From Schizochytrium sp. TIO01 (lineage: Eukaryota > Protista > Bigyra: Labyrinthulomycetes), in NCBI GenBank assembly GCA_004764695.1, contig SMSO01000031.1:2208436-2272435 (forward strand): 64,000 nucleotides of DNA, written 5' to 3'. The translations under genes were made by a program, and so were the position numbers. Positions 13,129-23,468 of this stretch are shown in pieces (the stretch's first letter is position 1; every line of letters begins with the position of its first letter). Under the pieces are notes generated by a model, which made no database searches, was not told where the DNA came from, and saw only the letters and a program-made list of their open reading frames with translations.

Positions 13129-15051
13129 TTAAAAGATGGCGATACTGCCCTCAAGAGCATAGCCCTGAAGACTAGGATAGATCTGCTCAAACTTGGGAGC
13201 GGATTGTGGGTTTTGCTGTGAAGGCGAGGCAGCATTTGTCTGCACGGTAGGAAGCTGACGTGGCTGAAAATTGGGTGAGATATCTTTCTTGAACAACTCA
13301 AGAAGAGCAGGCGGCATGTCTGGAAGTTTATCACCAACCTTCATTCCAGCAGGAAGAATAATTCCAGGTGCGATTTGTGGCAAAGGCAAAGGTGCTTGAA
13401 CAAGTCCTTGAGTGCCCTGGAGTGGAACACGAGGGTGCCTCTTCTCATCGTCGTCATCGTCGTCGTCATCGTCGTCATCTTCTTCATCGTGGTCTTCGCT
13501 ATCGTCTTCTTCCTCTGCAGTGCCCTCCTTGATAGTATCGTCTTCAGGATTGGTAATTTCTGCTGCGTTCGTGACCTTGGAGACCCCCTCCATGGGTTCT
13601 GCAGTTGCCGATTTGAATTTACTGGCAGCTGCGGCAACCGCCTCTGCAGCTGTTGCCGGTGTTGTTGGTTTCGCAATTGCTACTACGGGCGCAACCGCTG
13701 CAGAGGAAGAGGAAGACGAAGGCAGACCTGGAACATTAAGCTCTGCTCCATTGTCGCTGTTGGCAGTAGAAAAAACCTCGGAGTCCTTGCGTCGCTTCTT
13801 TACATCAGGGGATCCCACATCTGCCTTGGAGTCCTTGTCACCGCCCCTTGCAGAATCAGTTTCACGGTTGTTGGACTTTCGCTTGACAGCCCATCCCACG
13901 CGAATTGCCTTGGTAGAGTTTGAGAGGAACAAACGACCTTGAAGGTGCTGCACAGCAGTTTCTGCATCATTGCGATTCGTAAATTCTACGAGAGCGCTTG
14001 TTTTGCCTGGTGCATGTTTAAGTTGGCGTACCTTTCCTAAGGATTCCAACGCCTTTCGCAATGACTGCGTTGTAGCATCCTTGGGAATTCCTGCAAGGAA
14101 CAACGTTGTGATAGACGCATCCGAAGGCGGTCTGAGAGCTCTTTCATGGCGTCTATCGAAGTCTGCTTGCGCAACTGCAAGTAACGCAGCCTGCACTTGA
14201 GGGTCCGTGGGCACGATCTTGATCGGACCTTTCTCGCGTAGCTTCTTCTCCAGATCCCAAACTCTTGGAGCAATCGGGCTCGCGTGTAGCTCTGGAAAAA
14301 TGAAAGCTCCACAGCATGGTCTGCTGCGGCATGCAAGTCTCCCAGACCTTCCACAACGGCCTCGAGCCCAGCTCGTGCAGATTGGTGGCAGGTCGATCGG
14401 AACACCTGCCTCGCTAGTGGTCTGATTTGCCATGGGTCTCAACTTAAAGCCAGGAGCCGTCTGCGACCACCCCCCACGTCTGCTCTGATCCGCCAGCTGC
14501 TGGTTGTAGTAGAATGCTTGGTTCACCTCGCTGACAGGGACACCTCCAGTTCCACGGTGCTGTTGCTCCAGAAGCCTTTGGTGCTGTGCTTGCATTTGGC
14601 CTAGCTGCTGTTGATTTCCGCCCAGATTTTTTATTTGATTTTGCGCAACTTGAAGATGGGCGCCGGCACTTGACGATGAGCTGGACATAGCAGCCTCCAT
14701 AGACTCGCGGAGTGCAAGGGGAATATTGAGTTCAAGATCGTGCATACAGCACTGGCAGACATTCTTCTCAGCAGCGATTTCGTAGCAAATTTGTGTTTCT
14801 TTAAACTCACGGGTATCTGCTCGACGCCACCTAAATACTGTGAAGGGCCGACCAGTGAGCTTGCATGCGGCAGGAGCTTTGAGCTTCATCATGCGTACAA
14901 GGCGGTCTTCGCCAAGGCACGTCTCGCAAACGAGCGGAAAATCCTCTCCCAGGCGGAGGCCATCCGGAGCCTGAGCTGCTCGCAGCCTGCCCATGACGGC
15001 ACCAGTGGTCTGCTCGTTGGCACCCGCCAGCTTCGGACCAAAACGAGACAT
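13129..15051 (-). CDS. RBM22: Pre-mRNA splicing factor RBM22/SLT11/ECM2-like (divergent)
   Basis: FPLVCETCLG..VRMMK..CK...RPFTVFRW...KNVCQCC..DLEL.IP zinc region; RRM preceded by PPSDASITTLFLAG; C-terminal IYPS. The likely start is MSRFGPK (ATG at 15051), although the ORF is open to 15204. May be a paralog rather than the ortholog. Confidence 0.85.
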   Translation of the reverse strand: MSRFGPKLAGANEQTTGAVMGRLRAAQAPDGLRLGEDFPLVCETCLGEDRLVRMMKLKAPAACKLTGRPFTVFRWRRADTREFKETQICYEIAAEKNVCQCCMHDLELNIPLALRESMEAAMSSSSSSAGAHLQVAQNQIKNLGGNQQQLGQMQAQHQRLLEQQHRGTGGVPVSEVNQAFYYNQQLADQSRRGGWSQTAPGFKLRPMANQTTSEAGVPIDLPPICTSWARGRCGRSGRLACRSRPCCGAFIFPELHASPIAPRVWDLEKKLREKGPIKIVPTDPQVQAALLAVAQADFDRRHERALRPPSDASITTLFLAGIPKDATTQSLRKALESLGKVRQLKHAPGKTSALVEFTNRNDAETAVQHLQGRLFLSNSTKAIRVGWAVKRKSNNRETDSARGGDKDSKADVGSPDVKKRRKDSEVFSTANSDNGAELNVPGLPSSSSSSAAVAPVVAIAKPTTPATAAEAVAAAASKFKSATAEPMEGVSKVTNAAEITNPEDDTIKEGTAEEEDDSEDHDEEDDDDDDDDDDDEKRHPRVPLQGTQGLVQAPLPLPQIAPGIILPAGMKVGDKLPDMPPALLELFKKDISPNFQPRQLPTVQTNAASPSQQNPQSAPKFEQIYPSLQGYALEGSIAIF

Positions 15052-17211
15052 GTTATGAACCCTGTGCAAAGCTCTCGATCCCCACCTAAGACCGCGCCGC
15101 AGAGGTCTCTCTCCTCGCGCGCTTTCGCTCTTTGTTGGCGTTCTCCGTGTCCTTTTCGACGTCAATGATTCACTCTCTTTCTCTCTCGTCTTATATTTTA
15201 CCATAGGTCATCATCATCATCATAAAACATTTTATTTTACTTTACTTTATCTTCATTTCAAATAAAGTAAAATAAAATACAATACGGTATTAAAATACAC
15301 TTACGCTCACTCTGCCGGCGTGTATGTATTCTATTCCTTATTCATTCGGAATAACCCCTCTCTAGTACAGAGAAAAGCTGATTAGCTCTACAGTAGCGCA
15401 ACGAAATGGCCCATAGTAAGGGTCGAATTGTCTATAGTACGCCCCGCCGGCAAGTGGAGTATAGCGAGCGTGCACTATGGCAGATTGAGAATAGTTCGCA
15501 AGTGAAGTAAAGGAAGTGGACACTTGAGGAAGGAACAAACTCCGTGGTTTTCCAAGACGCCTTCAGAGCTATTGCCAAGGTGGTAGTAGCTCAAGGCTTA
15601 AGGGCCAACTGAGCTAAGTTCATAGCGGCTACGAATTCCAAGACCGATTCGCACGTCTAAGATCTCTGAAAGAAGGCGAAATGTGTGGGCATCAATCAAT
15701 CATTATTGGAGATGAAGAAGAGGAGTCAAAGGAGCAGGAAAAGCGGTCCTTGAAGGACGTGGAGATCGACTGCTGTAAATAAATCTGTTGAGGCTTCTGC
15801 TTCTGTGGGATGGAGATGAGAGATGCAAAGTTCTCGATTACAACAGCTTTAGTCCTGAAGTAAATAACGTTGTGGAGCAAACTCAAGACTCTTGAAGCAG
15901 ACGATGAAGAACCTTTGCACGTCTTGAACTGCACCAACCAAGATAGAGGAGGCCTGATCCGAAAGAGCTCCAGGAGAATCATAAGGTGAAAATGAGGGGC
16001 ACGAGAGTCGTAAAGAACTCGAAGGCAATGCTTAGTGCGAAGGCCAGATTGAATTTATGTAAAATTCCGGTACTTTCGTTCTTGTTCGTGTGTGTAGTCC
16101 ATAATGGAGTCAGATTAAAGACTTGCGCTAACCCTTCGACCAATCCGAATGTCATCACTTGCTTGTCGCTCGACGAAACTTGGCTCTTCTTGAAGTCCAC
16201 GGCATGGCAATTGGAATTCCCTCCCAGAAGCAGAGCTAGCTAGCTCGATCGTCAGATCAATCTCCAGGTCTTAATCGATTAATTCCATCATCCCATCATC
16301 CCATCATCGGCAGTCATCTACAGCAACGCAGGCACCTCATCTCAAATTCATGATCCCCAATCGTGCTCTCGCACGATCCAGGCCCAGACCTTTTGTCTAG
16401 GGAGACATCGATTCACAATCACGATCGTCGTCAGAGCAACTTGTGCATGTCAAAGACTGATCTTCGTCGAAGGATCAGCAATCAGAGATTGGATTTTATT
16501 TTTGATTTCGTCAGTTTGGGCCGAGATCTAAAAGTGTTCTTTTGCTGCCGTTGGGCTAGCAGTGGTTAGCCACTCCTATACCAGCAACATGCGTTCTCTA
16601 TGGCAATTGGAACGCCGAACCGGGCCGGGAAAACCCAAAGCAAACAGCTCGAAAGAAAGCAATCATCGAACGCGGAATCCTCTCTGTGGGCCCTTGCGTG
16701 GCGCCGGGGCTGCGCGCCATCGTGGGATAAGGGGGTCGGGAGGGGCATTGTGCTCAATCACACATCGCTGCGAGACTTGGCCCTGCGCTTGACGAGCTGA
16801 TCTTAAGCTCGCTCGCTCACTCGCTCGCTCGCTCGGCTCGTTCGCTTGTTTTGGGAGACTGGTACTAATTATATCAGTGCTAGCGGTCTTTGCTCTCGAC
16901 ACTCAAATTGGTAACAACCAAAAGACTCTAGTCCAAGGGAGAACAAGCTGGCAGGTGTAACTTTCAAGACCTTTAGCTTAATCTTCTTGTTGTTATTCTG
17001 ATTGCGCCACTCACTTTATTTACATTTTGCCTCCCCTTGTAAAGAGGGCAGATCTCTGGAGCGAACTAGTTTTTGAATTTGACACAGAGACAAATCACCA
17101 ATACTATTTAAGTGTAACTGTTTCATTAGCCTTGAGCTGTCCTTTTAAGGAATCCAGATTAGGTTCACTCATCGATCACTTTGCGGTGAAGATTTCCTCA
17201 CTTTATATACA

Positions 17212-18561
17212 ATGCTTGCGAAGATTTGGTGGCGTGTAAGGTCCCGTATGAGGCGACTGCTAAATCAAGGTCTCGGCAGCTCATACACAGTGAAAAGGGT
17301 AAACTCAGCTGATGATGACAAGGAGGTGAGCATGCGTCTCTTGGCCATCATTGCCTTTTCTTCATTCTCACTGTGTGTCATTGTCCTCTACCTTGGATCA
17401 CATATGCTTCACCTCTCCTTATGGCGATGGACGAGGTATTGCGATTCAGTTAAGATCAACGGAACATGGGTTGGCCCGGTACCTGAATTCCCGGCCACTC
17501 GCTACATGTTTAATATTGATGAGAAAGATTCATGCTCATACGAATACATCCTTGGGTTTGAGCGGTTGAGCCGGAAAATTCCAAGCGATCTTCGCATCGA
17601 AGTCTGGGGCGACCGCGCTCAGCTCCAGCTCACCAGCGCACTAATGTGCTGGGTGAGTGGCATTGTACCCTGGGAAAATGATGTTTCGTTACCGATCTTT
17701 CCTGTACCGATTGGTGGCTCTGACTCTACCGGATTCACATGGGACGGAAATGACAAATGTTTTGATGGTGCCCCCGAGCCTGATGTAAGTGAATGTCATA
17801 AACTTACTGGACAGAAGAAATCTGAATGTTACTTCAATAAACTTCAGTTCGCATGGCAGATCCCTACAGAGGTAATTCGTGAAAACCCTCTGGTCAACAA
17901 GGTACACAACGTTTTTGGCAGATTTTCGAGCGATGAATCAGTTAACTCTGGCAAAGACCCGTCAGAGTGGATTTCTCCAATGATCAAGTATCGCTGGGCA
18001 GACACTACCAAACAATTGGAGCGCCGCCTTAAAAAATGGATTGATATCAAGACCAAAGCACTGACGCGTGTGCGCGGCAGCAAATCCTCAGCGTCACAGA
18101 ATCAAGAACTGGAAAAAGAAATAGATGACATCCTCCCCCTCCCGAATGTACTGATTATCTCAGCTAATTTGTTTGAGGCCCCAGGATCGGAGAACTTCTT
18201 GAAGAATTTACAAAACTTTTTCCAGACATTGGCGCTCAACCATGATTTGCTGCACCGCGTCAAGGTTATCTTCCTTGAGCCAAATATGGCATACAATCCG
18301 ACTGATTTTTCTTTACCTCCAGTAAAGTCTGAGCCGCAAAATTCAAAGATGGTCATGCAGAGTGTCATTGCCAATGAACCCAATCTACGACGTCAGCGTG
18401 CCACTGAGCTCGCCGCCAGTTATGGGGTCCCTGTTATTCGCACGGCTCACCTCACCTCTTCATGGGCTTCATTTGGCCTTTCAACCGATGTGAACTACCC
18501 GCAACTCAGCCAACATCGTGCCCAGCTCGTTCTCAATTTCATCAAACACCTTCGCACCTAA
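17212..18561 (+). CDS. Type II membrane protein with an SGNH/PC-esterase (CASD1/TBL)-like lumenal domain, catalytic motifs degenerate
   Basis: 449 aa with one N-terminal TM (LLAIIAFSSFSLCVIVLYLG). Shows a GTW...C.Y pattern, a block-I-like IEVWGDRAQLQL and a C-terminal STDVNY...LVLNFI. The start codon is uncertain (later ATGs are possible). Confidence 0.75.
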   Translation: MLAKIWWRVRSRMRRLLNQGLGSSYTVKRVNSADDDKEVSMRLLAIIAFSSFSLCVIVLYLGSHMLHLSLWRWTRYCDSVKINGTWVGPVPEFPATRYMFNIDEKDSCSYEYILGFERLSRKIPSDLRIEVWGDRAQLQLTSALMCWVSGIVPWENDVSLPIFPVPIGGSDSTGFTWDGNDKCFDGAPEPDVSECHKLTGQKKSECYFNKLQFAWQIPTEVIRENPLVNKVHNVFGRFSSDESVNSGKDPSEWISPMIKYRWADTTKQLERRLKKWIDIKTKALTRVRGSKSSASQNQELEKEIDDILPLPNVLIISANLFEAPGSENFLKNLQNFFQTLALNHDLLHRVKVIFLEPNMAYNPTDFSLPPVKSEPQNSKMVMQSVIANEPNLRRQRATELAASYGVPVIRTAHLTSSWASFGLSTDVNYPQLSQHRAQLVLNFIKHLRT

Positions 18562-19256
18562 TCTTTCTTTCTTTCTTCTGCTATCGTTCGAATATTGTGT
18601 CCCTACTCACGGTTAAGAAAGAGAATAAATATTTCTTCTACACAATCACAAAAATGGCACAGAGTGAAACAAAGGTAATCAACTGACTCCGAAGGGAGCT
18701 GTGGTAGTAGAAACTGCATATACAACTTAGCTCCTTTTGCACTTTACGCAATATAACTCTAGGAAAACAAAAAGAATGAACAAGAGTATACTTGTTGCAC
18801 AGATTAAAGCATTAAAGTTTCTCTTCAAACATATAATTTAGATTTCTGTACCTGCTCCATCTCCATGTATGTTTTGATTGACTTTCAATAGGGTACTCTT
18901 ACACATATCACGTACACCTTGATATGAATTATCCTTCCTCTCTTTTGTATATGTTTATCTTTAATAGTTTTGTATATACCTATACATGTATTTTCAATTT
19001 TAAAAAATAAATACAAGCTCATAGCAATAGGCATATATTGAAAACAAGGTATCAACACCAAGGTGTAACGGCTAGGTAGCCCAGTTTTGAGGTTTTTTGG
19101 GCGCTTTCAGTATCACAGCATTGGCAAGACCTTCTAAAGTTTTGCAAAAAAGGATAACATATCCGGTCTTTTTATTGAGCAACTACTTTTCACAAGGTGA
19201 TTTCGCTTGAGAAGGTCTGGACGAGTGGGACGAAATAGTAGAAAGACAAACTCGCC

Positions 19257-22200
19257 ATGAGTCTTTCTGGTGGGCTAATACCTCTGGTCAGTAGCTCTGC
19301 CAAAGGTAGTGGCAACACCGCACGTGAGCGTGTTTCATCAAGTTCAAATTTTACATATGGCTTTGAGGAGAGCGATGGCAACGACGATGACTCGGTGATG
19401 GATGCTCAGGTAGATGAAGAAAGGGAAATGTTTACTCGCAGCATCAATCGGAACAACGCAGGTACAAAGAATAATTCCAGCTTATTAAGCCCAAGCGAAT
19501 TTGACCAGGAATCAGACGAGGATTGGGATGAAGGCATGGATGATCTAAATGAAGTGAAGGAAGCACTGGACGATGCGGATCTCACAACTCAATATGAGCC
19601 CGCTATTTCCCTGCAGGAGGATTCCAAAAGACGATCAGCTGCAAATATGGCAGCTCTTGATGAGTTGTTTATGGATGACTTCCCATCGGCACCAAAGCAA
19701 TCTATACATAGTCAAAAAAACGCTAGCATGCCTCTGCACAATGCAAGCTTAAATCAGAGGCAGACATCATGGCGAGAGCCATCTTCATCCAGATATGGAA
19801 AAGCTTCACAGATAAAGATCTCATCTGGTCAGGAATCTCAAACAAAGAAAGGGTCAATCAAATTTGACAGTGAGGATGATGATAATGATGATGATGATGA
19901 TGACTATAACTATGACAACGATGATGATGATTTTACAACACAATACAAAGGTCATACGGATCAGCCCCGCGCACCTTTCATGTCTAACTTAGTAAAGGAT
20001 ACAAATACTAACGCTTCGCATTCTGAGAGTGGAAACCAACCAAAAAAACACGTATCATTTGGCAATCTTCAGAGTAATGGCCAGAACACCAATAACAAAA
20101 TTAACAAGGAGGAGAATCCCTGGAGTGTTCAACGGGGAAATAGTAGAAATGCAACCGATGACAATAATGAAATTGGTGGATTTAATTGGTCAGATTCTGA
20201 TGAAGAACCAGAAACAGATAACGAGGATAATTTAAACAATAAGAAAACCTTGCCAGAGCCAAAATCTGTAAAACCATCGGGTCTATTTCCCAATGAAGCA
20301 GGTACACAGAGCACAGGAACATGGAATATCGAAGCCAAGCAATATAAATCAGATATAATTGATGAAGTTCATAGCCCAGCGCTCTTGCCATCTCCCCAAA
20401 AGAGCCGAGCGTCAACTTCCGACAAATTGAATTCATCTGTTGATGAAGACAGCTGGGGACCAGATCTACTCGATTCACTTATGCCAGAGGGAGAGGACCA
20501 AGTGAAGTCCAAACAAGAGACCAATGAATCCTCACCAAATGAGGATAAGCCCGTGCAACAACCGGAGCAATCATCTGGAAAAGCAATTAAAGCAGCCACA
20601 CCAGTTGTGAACATGAAAAGTGAAGAGGAATCGAGTTCTTTAAAGAAAAATGCAGAGAATGTATCTGATGACAAACCTTCTTCATATGAATTCTCCTTTG
20701 GTCGTCGTGAACGTCGTGATCCTGTGGTACAAGCAGCCTCGACAACTCGTGGGTCTTGGAATAATGCTTCCAAGAATTCTACTTCGCGTTTGCAATCTGC
20801 CAAACCGAAGAAAACATTTACCTTTTCTGATTCAAGCGATGACGAAGATCTTGCTATTCTTCGAGGCCCTCGTGCTGTAAGGCCTTGGAAAGGCTTGGCA
20901 TCACAGAAGGCTGAAACTTCACCGTCAGAAAACAATAAATCAGAGGAGGGATCCGCGGCCGCAGTGGATCAGCGTGAAAGCAACAGTCGTAAAACAATTC
21001 AACCCTCCGTCGAGCCAGGGAGAGAATCTCCCCGGCGGAAGTCTGTCAGATCAGTGCCAGAAAACAAAGCCGAAGAAAACATTCACGACGCTGAAAAGTC
21101 ACCTCATTTTGGTGTTGCAGGTCGTATAAGCCCTCATCGCGGAGAACCTCGATCGCGTCAAGTTTCAAGCCCATCTAGTGGAAAGGATTGTAACTCGCCA
21201 ATATTTCAACCTGATCGACATGATAGTGCGAAAAGGGTTTCATCGCCTCATATGCATCAGATCATTCAAGCAGCACCCCCCCCTCATGTTCCAGCGATCG
21301 ATGTATCAAAGCTTGTTCAAGAAGTTCGCGAAGAGCTTACAAAGTTGCACACGAGTATGCGCGAAGAGCAAGAAAAACTTTTCCAGGGACGTCTTGCAAG
21401 CCTAGAGGCGCAACTAAAGTCCACATCAGATAACTTCAACGCGGACAGAGCATTTTGGCGAGAACAGGATGCTAAGAGAAATGAACGTGTTCTTGAATTA
21501 GAGGCCAGTGCTGCAGAAGAACGTCTTTCGCGTGAACGAGCAGAGCAAGCCCTTGCTGTTGCACGCGATGATCACGAGAAGTCTTTCAAGTTGTTAGAAG
21601 ATGCACAGAATCGTGCTTTAGAGCAAGCACGGGGCAATACAGAAACGGCAAAGACACTTGACAAGTTATTATCTGAGATGGGTGAAGCTACGACAGGACT
21701 CACAAACTTAGAGGAGCGACTAGCAAAGCGCCACGATGACAGCGAAAAGCTTCGTCTTGCTCAGCTCGAGTGTCGCGAGCGACTTGTGACGGATGTGGAA
21801 ATCAATGTTCGCGAGCAGCTTGAACGTTCAACTGACGAGGCACGTAAGCTGCAGTCCTTGTACAGCACGCTTGTTGAGACAAATCAATTGGTTCGCCGTC
21901 AATGTGAGGATGATCGCGTGAGACTAAATGCAGAGCATGCGCGTCTTGAAGCTTTGCAGCTGACGCTTAAAATCGAAGCAGAAACAATTCGCAGCGACGC
22001 AAACGATGCTCGGGCTAGGCTTCGTGAAGAGCGCGTGAGATTTGAAGCCGAACGACAAGCTTGGCAAACGCAGATGCATCGTAAAGAGACAGCACTCGAG
22101 GCAGAACGCCATTCTCTTGATATTGCGAAGCGTGCTTTCGAAAGTGAGCGCAGTGTAAGCATTCGCGAAGCAGAAAGTGCTCTAGCACGCGTTCGTGAAG

Positions 22201-22700
22201 AAGAGAGACTCTTGAAAGAATCTCGCGAAGCCCAAGCCAAGGCACGTATTGTTCTAGAAGAGCAAGCAAGCAAACTTGAAAAAGAAAAGGAAGCTCTCGC
22301 AGTTGAATCTAAGAAACAATCAAGGGACGCAGAGGAACTTCGCCAAAAGGCTGAAGAGACACGAGAACTTTTGAAGGAGCTCAGAGTAGCTAGCCAAAAG
22401 CATCGCGATATGGAACAGCTTGATGTTCATGTTAGCAAATCTCGCTCTGAAATGTCGCGCGAAGCTGCACAACTTGAGCAACGTAAACAAGAACTTTTAG
22501 AGGAGCAGTTTAAACAACGCAAACTCCGTCTAAAAGTAACGGAGGAAAGATCGCAAGTGTACCGTCGGCAGGCTGAAGCACTTCGAGAGACGAGTGCAGC
22601 ACGTGCACTGCAAAGGAAGCTTACGGTTGATGCGGCACTCTGTGGTTCCATGTCAACAACAGAAGAGAATATGGGAACTTATTCGAATATATTTTTCTAA
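19257..22700 (+). CDS. FBF1: FBF1-like (Fas-binding factor 1; ciliary transition fibre/distal appendage) coiled-coil protein
   Basis: 1147 aa: ~680 aa of acidic/Ser-rich disorder, then a long coiled coil. The segment TAKTLDKLLSEM...LTNLEERL...QLECRERL...EARKLQSL...DDRVRLNAEHARLEALQ parallels the conserved FBF1 C-terminal region as I recall it. The CDS is secure; orthology is moderate. Confidence 0.7.
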   Translation: MSLSGGLIPLVSSSAKGSGNTARERVSSSSNFTYGFEESDGNDDDSVMDAQVDEEREMFTRSINRNNAGTKNNSSLLSPSEFDQESDEDWDEGMDDLNEVKEALDDADLTTQYEPAISLQEDSKRRSAANMAALDELFMDDFPSAPKQSIHSQKNASMPLHNASLNQRQTSWREPSSSRYGKASQIKISSGQESQTKKGSIKFDSEDDDNDDDDDDYNYDNDDDDFTTQYKGHTDQPRAPFMSNLVKDTNTNASHSESGNQPKKHVSFGNLQSNGQNTNNKINKEENPWSVQRGNSRNATDDNNEIGGFNWSDSDEEPETDNEDNLNNKKTLPEPKSVKPSGLFPNEAGTQSTGTWNIEAKQYKSDIIDEVHSPALLPSPQKSRASTSDKLNSSVDEDSWGPDLLDSLMPEGEDQVKSKQETNESSPNEDKPVQQPEQSSGKAIKAATPVVNMKSEEESSSLKKNAENVSDDKPSSYEFSFGRRERRDPVVQAASTTRGSWNNASKNSTSRLQSAKPKKTFTFSDSSDDEDLAILRGPRAVRPWKGLASQKAETSPSENNKSEEGSAAAVDQRESNSRKTIQPSVEPGRESPRRKSVRSVPENKAEENIHDAEKSPHFGVAGRISPHRGEPRSRQVSSPSSGKDCNSPIFQPDRHDSAKRVSSPHMHQIIQAAPPPHVPAIDVSKLVQEVREELTKLHTSMREEQEKLFQGRLASLEAQLKSTSDNFNADRAFWREQDAKRNERVLELEASAAEERLSRERAEQALAVARDDHEKSFKLLEDAQNRALEQARGNTETAKTLDKLLSEMGEATTGLTNLEERLAKRHDDSEKLRLAQLECRERLVTDVEINVREQLERSTDEARKLQSLYSTLVETNQLVRRQCEDDRVRLNAEHARLEALQLTLKIEAETIRSDANDARARLREERVRFEAERQAWQTQMHRKETALEAERHSLDIAKRAFESERSVSIREAESALARVREEERLLKESREAQAKARIVLEEQASKLEKEKEALAVESKKQSRDAEELRQKAEETRELLKELRVASQKHRDMEQLDVHVSKSRSEMSREAAQLEQRKQELLEEQFKQRKLRLKVTEERSQVYRRQAEALRETSAARALQRKLTVDAALCGSMSTTEENMGTYSNIFF

Positions 22701-23468
22701 CCAAGCCACTTGTGAAGGCATGCATCATTTGCGCAAATGAAAATGAGACTCATATCACTATCCTTGCCACCAGACCGGTTCATCATCATGCAGGCCTCCT
22801 TACCCTTACAAAGCGGGCATCGAGTATTAAAAGTACGCGGCAACGTCGGGTCTCGTGCAAGTTCAGTATCAATCAGATCAAGACGCATTGCAGCGTTCTT
22901 CTTCATCTTATTCACGTAAATGTACGGGTCTTGGGCCTCGTCTTCGTAGTTACAGTTTTTGCAGTGCATAAAGAGTTTTTTGTCTTTGAGATTCTCCTTT
23001 GGGTGGAGCATGTTTTGACTGTGAGGTTACCATTCCCAGACCAATAAACATTCGTCCACAGTCACAATTGTATTGTACCAGAAATTCATGATCTTGTTAG
23101 CATTACTCTCTTGTCATAACACCATGATTTCATCAATTATGCATAGTATTTTTCCATGACTATATTATTCATCAGGACCGTTGCTTTCCGATTTAACTTT
23201 TCCAACACATGCACACAACAATGAAGTAACAAGGTCCCAGGTATTATCCCAAGCGTACCCCTCCGTTGCATTCTTAAGGATTGCCTTCGTCCAGAGAGCG
23301 CACGAAAAGAAAGTACGTTCACGAGGGCCCCCTTCCATTCTCTCTCTTCTTCGTCACCTTTACTAAACCCATCTACAGCCACTTCATCACTGTTCTCGAA
23401 TTGTGCAGTACAGAGGCACTCCATGAATACGAGACGTACCATTCTGGGCAGAAGTTGATGCTCGCCAT
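22697..23468 (-). CDS. RPB9: RNA polymerase II subunit RPB9; two exons, join(23468..23440, 23018..22697), 116 aa
   Basis: Exon 1 ATG GCG AGC ATC AAC TTC TGC CCA GAA TG|GTACGT, a 421-nt GT-AG intron (23439-23019, ending CTCACAG) and exon 2 give MASINFCPECQNMLHPKE...CKNC...DPTLPRT...CPLC...LIFICAN..CLHKW. Splicing restores both zinc ribbons. The ORF track shows only exon 2. Confidence 0.95.

Noticed and set aside
23019-23089. Alternative RPB9 model starting MNFC with a 60-nt intron
   Set aside because: It would lack the first CxxC; the exon at 23468-23440 restores the canonical FCPEC.
23172-23390. Possible intronic C/D snoRNA in the RPB9 intron (GTGATGA ... CTGA)
   Set aside because: The boxes are ~220 nt apart, with no terminal stem and no recognisable rRNA guide.
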